From contig NIVC01001813.1 in the NCBI GenBank assembly GCA_002269645.1, positions 124,001 through 188,000 of the forward strand: a stretch of DNA of 64,000 nt. The letters are read 5' to 3'. The stretch is from Macrostomum lignano (Eukaryota). The notes under the pieces were generated by a model, which worked only from the letters and a program-made list of their open reading frames with translations, did not search any database and was not told the DNA's origin. Positions 1 to 11,238 of this stretch are shown here, in pieces. The position numbers and the translations under genes were made by a program. How positions within the stretch are numbered: position 1 is the first letter of the stretch; each line of letters begins with the position of its first letter.

Positions 1-444
1 GTCTGTGTAAATGATATCTGCAGGTTTCTTTTATATGAGCTAGTGTGTGCAGCGTTCCTTGTTTTATGCCTGCACATGAACAATCTAAGCCCAGTAAAAA
101 GTTCTGTGTACATGTAGTGCAGGGGCCCCGAATACAGAACTGTTTAGAAATATTGAAAATATCTGACACTCCTGACAGCTTTATGTTCTACAAAAGTTGA
201 TGCAGCATGTACCAAATATCAAAGATGAGTATTTTGCGAGTCGTAGTATAAAAAACGTGAGATGCATATGTACATGTACGAGCTATTTTTGTGACAAACG
301 AATAAACGAACCGCATCGTGGAACGTACAAATTAAATTCCTATATTTATCAATTTAAATGACCCATCAAATGCAAATGTACATGTAATGTCATACTGTAT
401 GTTTATTATGACTGTGCAAATAAGAAAAAACTCATTGAACTAAA

Positions 445-628
445 CAGGCGCGAATCCAGAAATTTTTGGGGGGAGGTAGCTACCAAGCACCACAACCCAA
501 ATATAAGATATTACACTGTACATGTATAATGAGACCTGGCCAGTTGCAGCCAAAAAAGTATGTGTGGCCTAATTTTTTTTGGCCGCGGCTGACGGGGGGC
601 CATGGCTCCCTTTCTGGATCCGCTCCTG
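445..628. mobile_element. hAT-type MITE (184 bp)
   Basis: Left TIR CAGGCGCGAATCCAGAAA (445-462). The right TIR reverse-complements to CAGGAGCGGATCCAGAAA (611-628). Identical 8-bp flanks GAACTAAA at 437-444 and 629-636 form the TSD, and an 8-bp TSD is the hAT hallmark. Confidence 0.85.
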
Positions 629-2819
629 GAACTAAACATGTACATATGTAATTGCATGCTTATAGTGCCTCTCCCCGGTTCCCCCGAGAGCAACGCTGAG
701 CTGGCGGCCCGGATCGACCCGCGTGTGCATGCACCCCTGGGTCGCACTTTACAGAGGCGACGGCAGCAGGTGTTGACGCCACTGCCTGCGGTCCCCATGC
801 ACACATGAGGCACTGGGCCCCCGCTCGCCGACCTGCTGCTCAGCCCCGCCTTGTGGGAGAATCCGCCGAGGCCAGGGCGCTGCACCATGCCTCTGGACTG
901 ACACTCCTCACTGACTTGCAGGCTCTAGTAGCCGCGCCTTACCCCTCAGTCTGCAGCTAGGCTGGACTCAGATGTTTTCCACCAGCGGGTGCTTCGCTCA
1001 CCCCTGCACCAGCGTCTGTTTAATAATAATTTTGAAAAAGAATAAAAATGCTTACAGAGCTCTCGTTTTTTAAAGATGATAATCATTTACGCTAGAAATG
1101 AAGCTAGATATCTCGGAAATTAGTGTAGCCACTTAATAACGGCCATTAAATTGTATGCAGAAAGTTCTGCTAAAAGTTAATCAGTAAAAACTTAAACTCT
1201 CTTATATAAATTAACTTGTTTTAAATAGTAAATAGCGAAATTTTAATTTTCGCTTTTTTGTCCTCGATCGTCGATCGACAACTATAGACATAGTGACGTT
1301 CAAGTGATAATGTCTAAATTGACTTCATCGCCCTTTTAGTCATTAGAAAGTTGAGTTGAGTTTTAATAAAAAAAATATATTAGATACCGAATAGTTCATT
1401 GATCATGAACAAGTCAACTTGAATAGACAAATTCATTTGACATTTCATAACGTAAAAGTAAAGTACGTAACTTAACGTAAGCGACGCGTGTAACAGTAAC
1501 ACGACAGGCAGAAATAGACTGACGCTATTAATATTGCGTTAGGTTAGCTAGATCTAGCACTAATCTAATTATTCATGTGGCTGGAATGGGAAACTGGAAA
1601 CAAGTCACTGGAAATGGGCCTAAAGTCGTAAAGATTTAGGGTCTACTATCTTTCCCTATAATAGGCCTATGACACTGTTGATAACTCAAATGATCAGTTG
1701 ATAAATTTATTCTATTTGGCAATGGCTACAGTTATTCTGTTCTGGCACTACCAATACCAATAAATACAAAATAGCTAAAGCTAATGACAATGTAGGACGT
1801 AGGTTTGAAATTGAATTTCCAATAATTTGAACAGTATACAACATATTGTATTAATAAGTTAAAGATGTACACACAATCCAATTGAAACACTGGATGGATG
1901 GCTTCCATGCCCATACATACAAGCTTTCTATTTTATTTATCAAACAAAATAATACAATTTTATTAGTAGGCCTAACAAAAATAAAGAATTTATTACTAAA
2001 TTAGGAGCCTAGATTAATATTTAATAGGCCTAGGCTATGTGAGTTTTACAATTGGAACTCTTAATTACTATTGATATCATGTATAGGCCTATATTTAAAA
2101 TAAACAGAGTAGGCGATACTGCAGTAGGCCTAGGCCTAGTTTATATACTAGATCTATAGCCATTAAAAATGCATATAACTTAGTCTATATAACTTAGAGT
2201 TAATTCACAAAGTATATTTGGCATACATAAATAATTGAAAAGCATTTAAATAGGCAATTTTAATAAAGTTTAAAATGACTCATAACTGGGTTGGCTATGG
2301 CAGGCATGTACAAAGTAAGATAAAAGTACTAATAGAGTAGTAAACTTTGGCCAATTGGTTTTTACCTATGTTAAAATTAAACCTACAATCCTACATTAAA
2401 TTTAAACTTAAAATATATATGGGCTAGGCCTAGTGGGACTAGGAATAAAGTGGCTGCACATTGGACCTATATTCCTAAAGATATTTTTGGGGAAAATTCT
2501 TATATGCCACTTGGACAATTTTAGGACAAAGAGCTTGGCCTGTTTTACTATCATTTTATTGAAGAAACTAACTGGCCATTCTTTTGAGCTTCCAAAATTT
2601 CCTGATTTTTATGTCCTTTATGGGGATTTGCATGCATTTTGACAATTTCTGTTAAGCATTTTGATTTTTTTGGCAAGAGTTACACTCATCCTGTCTTGCC
2701 TAAAAGTTTCATTTTGTCACTAGAAGTAAGTAGCAAAAAGAATTAGGGTGGCCACTCTTTCCATTCAAAAGTTATGGCCATTTTAAATTTTACATGTACA
2801 TGTACATGTACATATTTTT

Positions 2820-3223
2820 TAGGGGTCGGACGTGATCACGATCATGATCACGATTTCATGAATTCACGACCATTTTGTCACAATTGTTATTTCCTTGAAA
2901 CCCATTCACGACAGTCATGAATTTCTGCTTTATTACATTTTTATTAGAAGTATAACTTTTCTACTTGGTTTACCAAAATATGTGAACACAAATGTAAAAG
3001 AGTAATAAATTTTAAATTTGTTGACTTGACAGCATTACCGAGTAGCTATTATCAATTTATAAATATTTCTTTTCTTGTTTTGTTATTTTCAACACTTGTA
3101 ACTTACGAGCTCAAAATAGTGTATGCAAATATAAATTCATGATTACAATCACGATCACGCCCGACTTTAAAAATTTCACAAAATTTCATGCCTGACCAAA
3201 ATTTTCTGCTCGTCCGACCTCTA
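2820..3223. mobile_element. hAT-type MITE (404 bp)
   Basis: TIRs TAGGGGTCGGACG (2820-2832) and CGTCCGACCTCTA (3211-3223), a 12/13 match. The 8-bp TSD ATATTTTT lies at 2812-2819 and 3224-3231. Internal GATCACG subrepeats occur near both ends. Confidence 0.85.
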
Positions 3224-6200
3224 ATATTTTTGAACAAAAAAGTTCGCTTAAAATGACTTGCAGGAACTTACCTACACCCAATGTGCAAGCATTCTTAGCA
3301 GTTATGCACTTTTTTACTAAAAAACAAATCCTCCCAACCCCATATTTTCAAGCAAATTCGTCATAGTTTTGAAAATGTACAAAAATGTACATAATGTTTG
3401 ATAGTCTGTATCTTTGTAATTGTATGTCCTAAACATGTAAACTATATGTCGTTTGAAATATCTATTTGTCTATTTTTCAATGAATTTAAGAACATAGCCA
3501 TATCTTACATATCAAAAAGTTATAGCCATTTAAAGAAGACCACTTTTTCATGTTTTTTTTGTTTTTGCATATGCTAAAAATAGGCTCACTGGACACCCTA
3601 ACCTAGGCATACATGGTATATATTAAAAAAGTAGAAAAGTTTTTTGACATGCTAATGCTTTGCACAATAGTGTGGCATAGGGCTTATAAAAAATAAAAAT
3701 TATATGGCTCCATAGTCAGAGCTATCTAATAGCTATTGCTATGCCATAAAAAATTTGTAGTCTTTTTAAAAATATACAGTGATACTTATCACTTTAAAAA
3801 TGAGTATTCTATATTAATGGGCCTAAGAAAGACAAAATATAAAAACTAAAAAGCAAATAAATGTATTTAGGTTGCAAAGAGAAGCATTTTAAAAGTAGGC
3901 CCTATTGTTATAATGCAAAAAGGTCCTTTATTATTGCAATGTAGAAAAGGGTCTTTTATTGTTGCAATGTTAAAAAGGTCCTTTATTGTTGCAACACCTC
4001 AATTTGCAATCCTTTTTTAATCTATCAGTGCACACTCAGGAGATTTGATCTAACCCTCCTATGTATAAGGTGCAAAGCAAAAATATTATTGTATAAACAA
4101 TGCATACTTAGGACTATGGCACTAGACGACAAGCAGAATGGGATGGCTGACCAAGGAATGAGTGGTCAATGAGTCATCATGCAGTCATGCTGTTTGCTTA
4201 GTTTGTTATATACATAATACATTGGCTATATACATTTCAACATCAATTTAATGTTGGTAAAAACCAATTGGCATAAGTAGCCCTTATCCCTATTAGCCCA
4301 AATCAAATGCAATTTCATTGTCACACAGTTTTTACTAACATTAAACTGACATTAAAATGTACATAGTGGAGTGGATATCTGTATATTAGATAACAAATGG
4401 AATGGGGTAGCTAACTAATAGAGGAATAGTAAAAAAGTCATCATGTAGAATCATGCTATTTGCTTAGTTTGTTATATACATTATCATTACATTAGCTACA
4501 TACTATATACAATTTTGTGTGGTATAGCCTTTGGCTAATCATATACAAGTCTTAGCATTTGCTAATCTTCCATTGGAGTTGCACTATCTTGGCATCATGA
4601 TCAATTAGTCCTTGTTATAGATTAGCCACCTCAACAAAACTCTCCTTGACAGTTTGCTAAATTCTATGTAGCTTTCTTGCAGAGATGTTTCTCCTAAGAA
4701 ATTAACTGCTAGCCAGTTAAGGTATACTGCTCAAAGGCTAAGCTACATCCTAAGCATGGTCAGAATAGTTAAGCTAATAGTATTTTCCATGACCATTGAC
4801 TTAGCAGTCTTGGGAATGGTGAATGGCTCATCTAGTAGCTTCCCCAATATTGTCTTGCTATCATTGCATATTCTGCTACAACTTGCTAAGCAGTGCAATA
4901 AATCAACCCAATTTTGGACTTACTTGCTTGCATAACATTACTTGTCTATAGATTAATCTTATCTTGTGACCAAGGATCTTTGAACCTAGCTGCTTGAGTA
5001 AAGCACTTAAAAGCCTTTAGGTAAAAGAGTAGGCTCTAAAAATTGATATATTCCATATATATTGCCTTAGATTTGGTGCTAATGAAAGTAATTAAGTATC
5101 AAACAAGGAGCCTTAAATATCTTGCTTGTTTTTATAGCATATAGCCATATTGACAAAAAGTACTATGTACTAAAAGCATAAAAAGTATATCATAGATATA
5201 GCCATAGTACAAAATACTTTTTGAACAAAATACTATCACAATCCATTTAGAAATCATAATTATTCATTTTTCCATTTTTTATTTAAAGTCTCTGCATGAA
5301 ATATCACCAATTTCAAGCTAAACTATGCTATATTTTCCCCAATATTTACAGATTAAAAAAGCAAAAAATTATAATCTTGAAAAATTGACTATTATATATT
5401 TTCACACAAAAATTGGTTTAGTGGTTACAAAGCTATGTTTTAAAATACAAAATGATAATTTTTTGGTATTATAAATCATAGTTTATTATTGGAAAATACA
5501 CTATAAAGGTAAAAAACTTCAGTGAAAATGGTCATGAATTTTTTATTATTAGACCAATTTTTATAAACTAAAAATACTCAACAAATCAAAACAACAAACA
5601 ACAAACAAAACAAAATACTCAACAAGATATAAAATGCAAATATTTTAATATTTTTCAAATTTATAAATCTCACTTATGGCCCTAACAATATGATGAGATT
5701 CAAAATGGCTATTTCTAATATTGAAAGACTTCTTATATAGATATACTTTATCTTTGTTTTTATTTAGGGTCTAATTCCATCTGAGAATAGAATAGAAGCT
5801 GTTAGATCCATAGCCATTAGAGAACAGGTTCTAGTGCTAGAAGTCTAGCCATTGCCAATGCCAAGGGAAACATCTATATATTGACCAAAATTTCATTGGT
5901 GGTCTAGGCCTATCCTTATTATATAAATGCCTCTACTGCATCTAAGTAGGCCATATAGCATGCAAGGCAAAACATTCCTACTTGCATGGGCCTAGTGCAA
6001 GCTTAGGACTATGGTATATGGCTTATATTTTTATGTATTTCTGCCAAAATGGGGTAGCTATGCCTTGATAACTTTCTCTAGTTGCACTAACTATATTTAT
6101 ATAAATATGAATAGTTTTTATACATTGTATACCAGATTAAATGCAAAAGTATGGTAGAACATTCTATGGTTTGCCAAAGAAAGCTAGCTCTCTGTGCTAT

Positions 6201-6970
6201 TATTTAGTCTTAGTATATTGGTATATAAGATAATTGTTAATTATATTGTATACTACTATTTACAAAAATATATTTTGGCTTTTATTGCACTAAATATTCT
6301 ATAATTTTTTGTGAATGCTGTTTGGTATAGTTTTGAATATTTAAGTGTCTATAGGCAAATGAGAGCAAATATCCAAGGACAAATCTCAAGTTCTAAATAA
6401 AAAGAAGTCTATTAAAATAAAAAAGGTGGAAAAAGCTCATGATATAGATGATACTTACTTATAAAATGCTTTTTAGGTTTTTGCCTCTAATCCTAGATTT
6501 TAAGAATATTTCTAGAATTCTAGTGCTAATAAATATTACAATTATACAATTATATAATCTTATTCAAGGCTAATTTCTTTATACTGTATTTAATGAAAAG
6601 GTCTAGGCCTATATATATAGCAAGATTAGTAGATAGAATATTGGTAATATTATCAGGAAATATTATATATTATAAGTTATTATTAGGTTTTATAAGTTAT
6701 ATTAGTAACCTATATTTAAACTAAAGAAAATTTTGACAGTAGGATATATGATTATTATAATTAAAATATTTGGCAAATTATAGTATTACTATGTGGTAGC
6801 TAGTTTTGGTAATGTAAATTGCTATATATAGCAGTTGCCAATACCCATATGTACCCATGGCCAAGTATAAGTATTTAAAGTAAGCTCTTTATGCAAACAA
6901 ACTACTTAGAAAAGTAGTTGCATCAACTTATCTAGCTAAACCTGATTTTGAATCGAATAAAGGTATTTCC

Positions 6971-9900
6971 ATGCCTGAGTGGCTACTACCAGTAGCTAAT
7001 AAAGCCCTGCTCTCCTATTGCTGCATGCCGTCCCCATTGACTTCGATTCGCCTGTGCGGCGTCAGCGTCGTCTCCCGTCGCTGCCTTCACTCCAGCGGCG
7101 TCCTCCAGGTTGGCCGCACCTGGGAGTCCAAGCCGGTGCCGGGCAGCGTTGAGCACCTGCAGCCGCAGGCCTGGGCCAAGCGGCTGTTCGATCTGCACGC
7201 GGCTGAGGCCGCCCAGAAGCAGAAACTGGAGCAGTCTGGCCAGGCGGCTGCTCAGCCGGAGCCCACCAAGGTGCTCATGATCCGGCGCCTGCTGCCCTGG
7301 AAAGCCAGCACCTACTATGAAAAGTGCCTGCTGTACAAGCTGGGCATGGAAAAGGACACCCCTATGCGGCAGTGGCTGCCCCTGCCCAATATTCCCAGTG
7401 TGGCTGATGATCTGCGGAAAGTGCAGCACCTGTTGCAGGTAAGCTTGGCGTTTATTTGCTTCTTTTGTGTCGGATCTTAGTCTTAGAATCCTTAGAGACA
7501 AAATAGCACTGCTGCTTTTATTTGATTGCTTCTTCTCTTGTATGAGCCGTTTGTCAGAATCGCCTCTCAATCCAAAGTCAATAATCATTACCCAGTTCCA
7601 AGCCTATAAAAATATCGCACCTGAGTCCTATCCAACAAAAACAGAGGCCCATAGAGAATCGCCCCTGAGCACAGAGATCCATAGAGAATCTCCCCTGAGC
7701 ACAAAGACCCCTAAAGAATCGCCCCTGAGCACAGAGATCCATAAAGAATCGCCCCTGAGCACAGAGACCCCTAAAGAATCGTCCCTGAGCACAGAGATCC
7801 ATAAAGAATCGCCCCTGAGCACAGAGATCCATAAAGAATCGCCCCTGAGCACAGAGATCCATAAAGAATCGCCCCTGAGCACAGAGATCCATAAGGAATC
7901 GCCCCTGAGCACAGAGACCCCTAAAGAATCGCCCCTGAGCACAGAGATCCATAAAGAATCGCCCCTGAGCACAGAGATCCATAAAGAATCACCCTGAGCA
8001 CAGAGACCCATAAAGAATCGCCCCTGAGCACAGAGATCCATAAAGAATCGCTCCTGAGCACAGAGACCCCTAAAGAATCGCCCCTGAGCACAGAGATCCA
8101 TAAAGAATCGCCCCTGAGCACAGAGATCCATAAAGAATCGCCCCTGAGCACAGAGACCCCTAAAGAATCGCCCCTGAGCACAGAGACCCCTAAAGAATCG
8201 CCCCTGAGCACAGAGACCCCTAAAGAATCGCCCCTGAGCACAGAGATCCATAAAGAATCGCCCCTGAGCACAGAGACCCCTAAAGAATCGCCCCTGAGCA
8301 CAGAGACCCCTAAAGAATCGCCCCTGAGCACAGAGACCCCTAAAGAATCGCCCCTGAGCACAGAGACCCCTAAAGAATCGCCCCTGAGCACAGAGATCCA
8401 TAAAGAATCGCCCCTGAGCACAGAGATCCATAAAGAATCGCCCCTGAGCACAGAGACCCCTAAAGAATCGCTCCTGAGCACAGAGACCCCTAAAGAATCG
8501 TCCCTGAGCACAGAGACCCCTAAAGAATCGCCCCTGAGCACAGAGACCCCTAAAGAATCGCCCCTGAGCACAGAGACCCCTAAAGAATCGCCCCTGAGCA
8601 CAGAGACCCCTAAAGAATCGCCCCTGAGCACAGAGACCCCTAAAGAATCGCCCCTGAGCACAGAGATCCATAAAGAATCGCCCCTGAGCACAGAGACCCC
8701 TAAAGAATCGCCCCTGAGCACAGAGATCCATAAAGAATCGCCCCTGAGCACAGAGATCCATAAAGAATCGCCCCTGAGCACAGAGACCCCTAAAGAATCG
8801 CCCCTGAGCACAGAGACCCCTAAAGAATCGCCCCTGAGCACAGAGACCCCTAAAGAATCACCCTGAGCACAGAGACCCATAAAGAATCGCCCCTGAGCAC
8901 AGAGATCCATAAAGAATCGCCCCTGAGCACAGAGATCCATAAGGAATCGCCCCTGAGCACAGAGACCCCTAAAGAATCGCCCCTGAGCACAGAGATCCAT
9001 AAAAAATCGCCCCTGAGCACAGAGATCCATAAAGAATCACCCTGAGCACAGAGACCCATAAAGAATCGCCCCTGAGCACAGAGATCCATAAAGAATCGCT
9101 CCTGAGCACAGAGACCCCTAAAGAATCGCCCCTGAGCACAGAGATCCATAAAGAATCGCCCCTGAGCACAGAGATCCATAAAGAATCGCCCCTGAGCACA
9201 GAGACCCCTAAAGAATCGCCCCTGAGCACAGAGACCCCTAAAGAATCGCCCCTGAGCACAGAGACCCCTAAAGAATCGCCCCTGAGCACAGAGATCCATA
9301 AAGAATCGCCCCTGAGCACAGAGACCCCTAAAGAATCGCCCCTGAGCACAGAGACCCCTAAAGAATCGCCCCTGAGCACAGAGACCCCTAAAGAATCGCC
9401 CCTGAGCACAGAGACCCCTAAAGAATCGCCCCTGAGCACAGAGATCCATAAAGAATCGCCCCTGAGCACAGAGATCCATAAAGAATCGCCCCTGAGCACA
9501 GAGACCCCTAAAGAATCGCTCCTGAGCACAGAGACCCCTAAAGAATCGTCCCTGAGCACAGAGACCCCTAAAGAATCGCCCCTGAGCACAGAGACCCCTA
9601 AAGAATCGCCCCTGAGCACAGAGACCCCTAAAGAATCGCCCCTGAGCACAGAGACCCCTAAAGAATCGCCCCTGAGCACAGAGATCCATAAAGAATCGCC
9701 CCTGAGCACAGAGACCCCTAAAGAATCGCCCCTGAGCACAGAGATCCATAAAGAATCGCCCCTGAGCACAGAGATCCATAAAGAATCGCCCCTGAGCACA
9801 GAGACCCCTAAAGAATCGCCCCTGAGCACAGAGACCCCTAAAGAATCGCCCCTGAGCACAGAGACCCCTAAAGAATCACCCTGAGCACAGAGACCCATAA

Positions 9901-10579
9901 AGAATCGCCCCTGAGCACAGAGATCCATAAAGAATCGCCCCTGAGCACAGAGACCCCTAAAGAATCGCCCCTGAGCACAGAGACCCCTAAAGAATCGCCC
10001 CTGAGCACAGAGACCCCTAAAGAATCGCCCCTGAGCACAGAGATCCATAAAGAATCGCCCCTGAGCACAGAGACCCCTAAAGAATCACCCTGAGCACAGA
10101 GACCCATAAAGAATCGCCCCTGAGCACAGAGATCCATAGAGAATCGCCCTCCCTCGCCGCAGATCCAGCCGCTGACGATGCCAGACGGGCTGCCGGCCAC
10201 CGAGGCGGACCTGTCCAACTGCTACACAAACGAGTGCGGCGAGCTGCGCATGCGCCGCCGTCTCGCCGGCTCCGCCGTGGAGGTCCAGCCGGAGCGGCAC
10301 GCCGAGGCCGAGCTGGATGCCTCCAAGCGCCGAATCCACTCGATGCCGCGCTACCACGAGCGCCGCTGGAAGGCCTGCCTGATGTTTAGCGAGTATTTCA
10401 CCCAGCACCACCGCTACCAGCACATGCAGGACGGCTCCGCCTACCGCTACTCGGGCCTGTGGCGCCGGGACGCCGCCATGAAGCAGAGCCTGTCCAGGCG
10501 GACCAACCCGGACGGCACTAAGCGGCCCAATCTGAACTTTGAAGCCGATTTTAATGCGTTTCCTTGGCGCAATTATTGA
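6971..10579 (+). CDS. MRPL30: Mitochondrial ribosomal protein uL30m, 2 exons (6971 or 7025..7438; 10163..10579)
   Basis: Exon 1 ...KVLMIRRLLPWKASTYYEKCLLYKLGM...LPNIPSVADDLRKVQHLLQ joins exon 2 IQPLTMPDGLPATEADLSNCYTNECGEL. This matches the recalled MRPL30 pattern (..[29 protein letters not shown]..GEL). Donor CAG|GTAAGC at 7439, acceptor CCGCAG| at 10162, phase 0. The N-terminus from 7025 is Arg/Ser-rich like a mitochondrial presequence. Confidence 0.88.
7640..10150 (+). repeat. 30-bp minisatellite (~84 copies) in the MRPL30 intron
   Basis: Unit AAAGAATCGCCCCTGAGCACAGAGA(TCCAT/CCCCT), with occasional 29-bp variants and a 1048-bp higher-order duplication. Confidence 0.97.
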
Positions 10580-10729
10580 ATGCTTGCAAATATACCTGCC
10601 TACTGATTAGCACATGCTAGTTCTCTTACAATATGCTGCACTCCGTGGCCAACTGCTCTTGTAGTCTTTTTGCTATTAGCGTAGTCTTTGTTTACCCGAT
10701 CCACTTATAGTCTTGGTTTTAATTTTATC

Positions 10730-11165
10730 CTCAATATAGTCTTGGTTCTCACCTAATCTGATCCCCATATAGTCTTGGTTCTCACCTGATCCATAATATA
10801 GTCTTGGTTCTCACCTGATCCCCAATATAGTCTTGGTTCTCACCTGATCCCCAATATAGTCTTGGTTCTCACCTGATCCCTAATATAGTCTTGGTTCTCA
10901 CCTGATCCATAATATAGTCTTGGTTCTCACCTGATCCATAATATAGTCTTGGTTCTCACCTGATCCATAATATAGTCTTGGTTCTCACCTGATCCCCAAT
11001 ATAGTCTTGGTTCTCACCTGATCCATAATATAGTCTTGGTTCTCACCTGATCCCCAATATAGTCTTGGTTCTCACCTGTTCCCCAATATAGTCTTGGTTC
11101 TCACCTGATCCCCAATATAGTCTTGGTTCTCACCTGATCCATAATATAGTCTTGGTTATCATTTG
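10730..11165 (+). repeat. 28/29-bp minisatellite between MRPL30 and ATP6AP1
   Basis: Unit ATATAGTCTTGGTTCTCACCTGATCC(CCA/ATA), about 14 copies. Confidence 0.95.
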
Positions 11166-11238
11166 ATCCCCATGTAGTCTTGTAGCAATTTTGCCAACTC
11201 GAATTCAATTCTGATGTCCCCTCAGCAACCCAGCTGCC

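Noticed and set aside
7467-10048. Long ORFs MDLCAQGRFF.., GDSLGVSVLR.., ESPLSTEIHK..
   Set aside because: They are translations of the 30-bp intronic minisatellite, and the flanking MRPL30 exons splice across them in phase.
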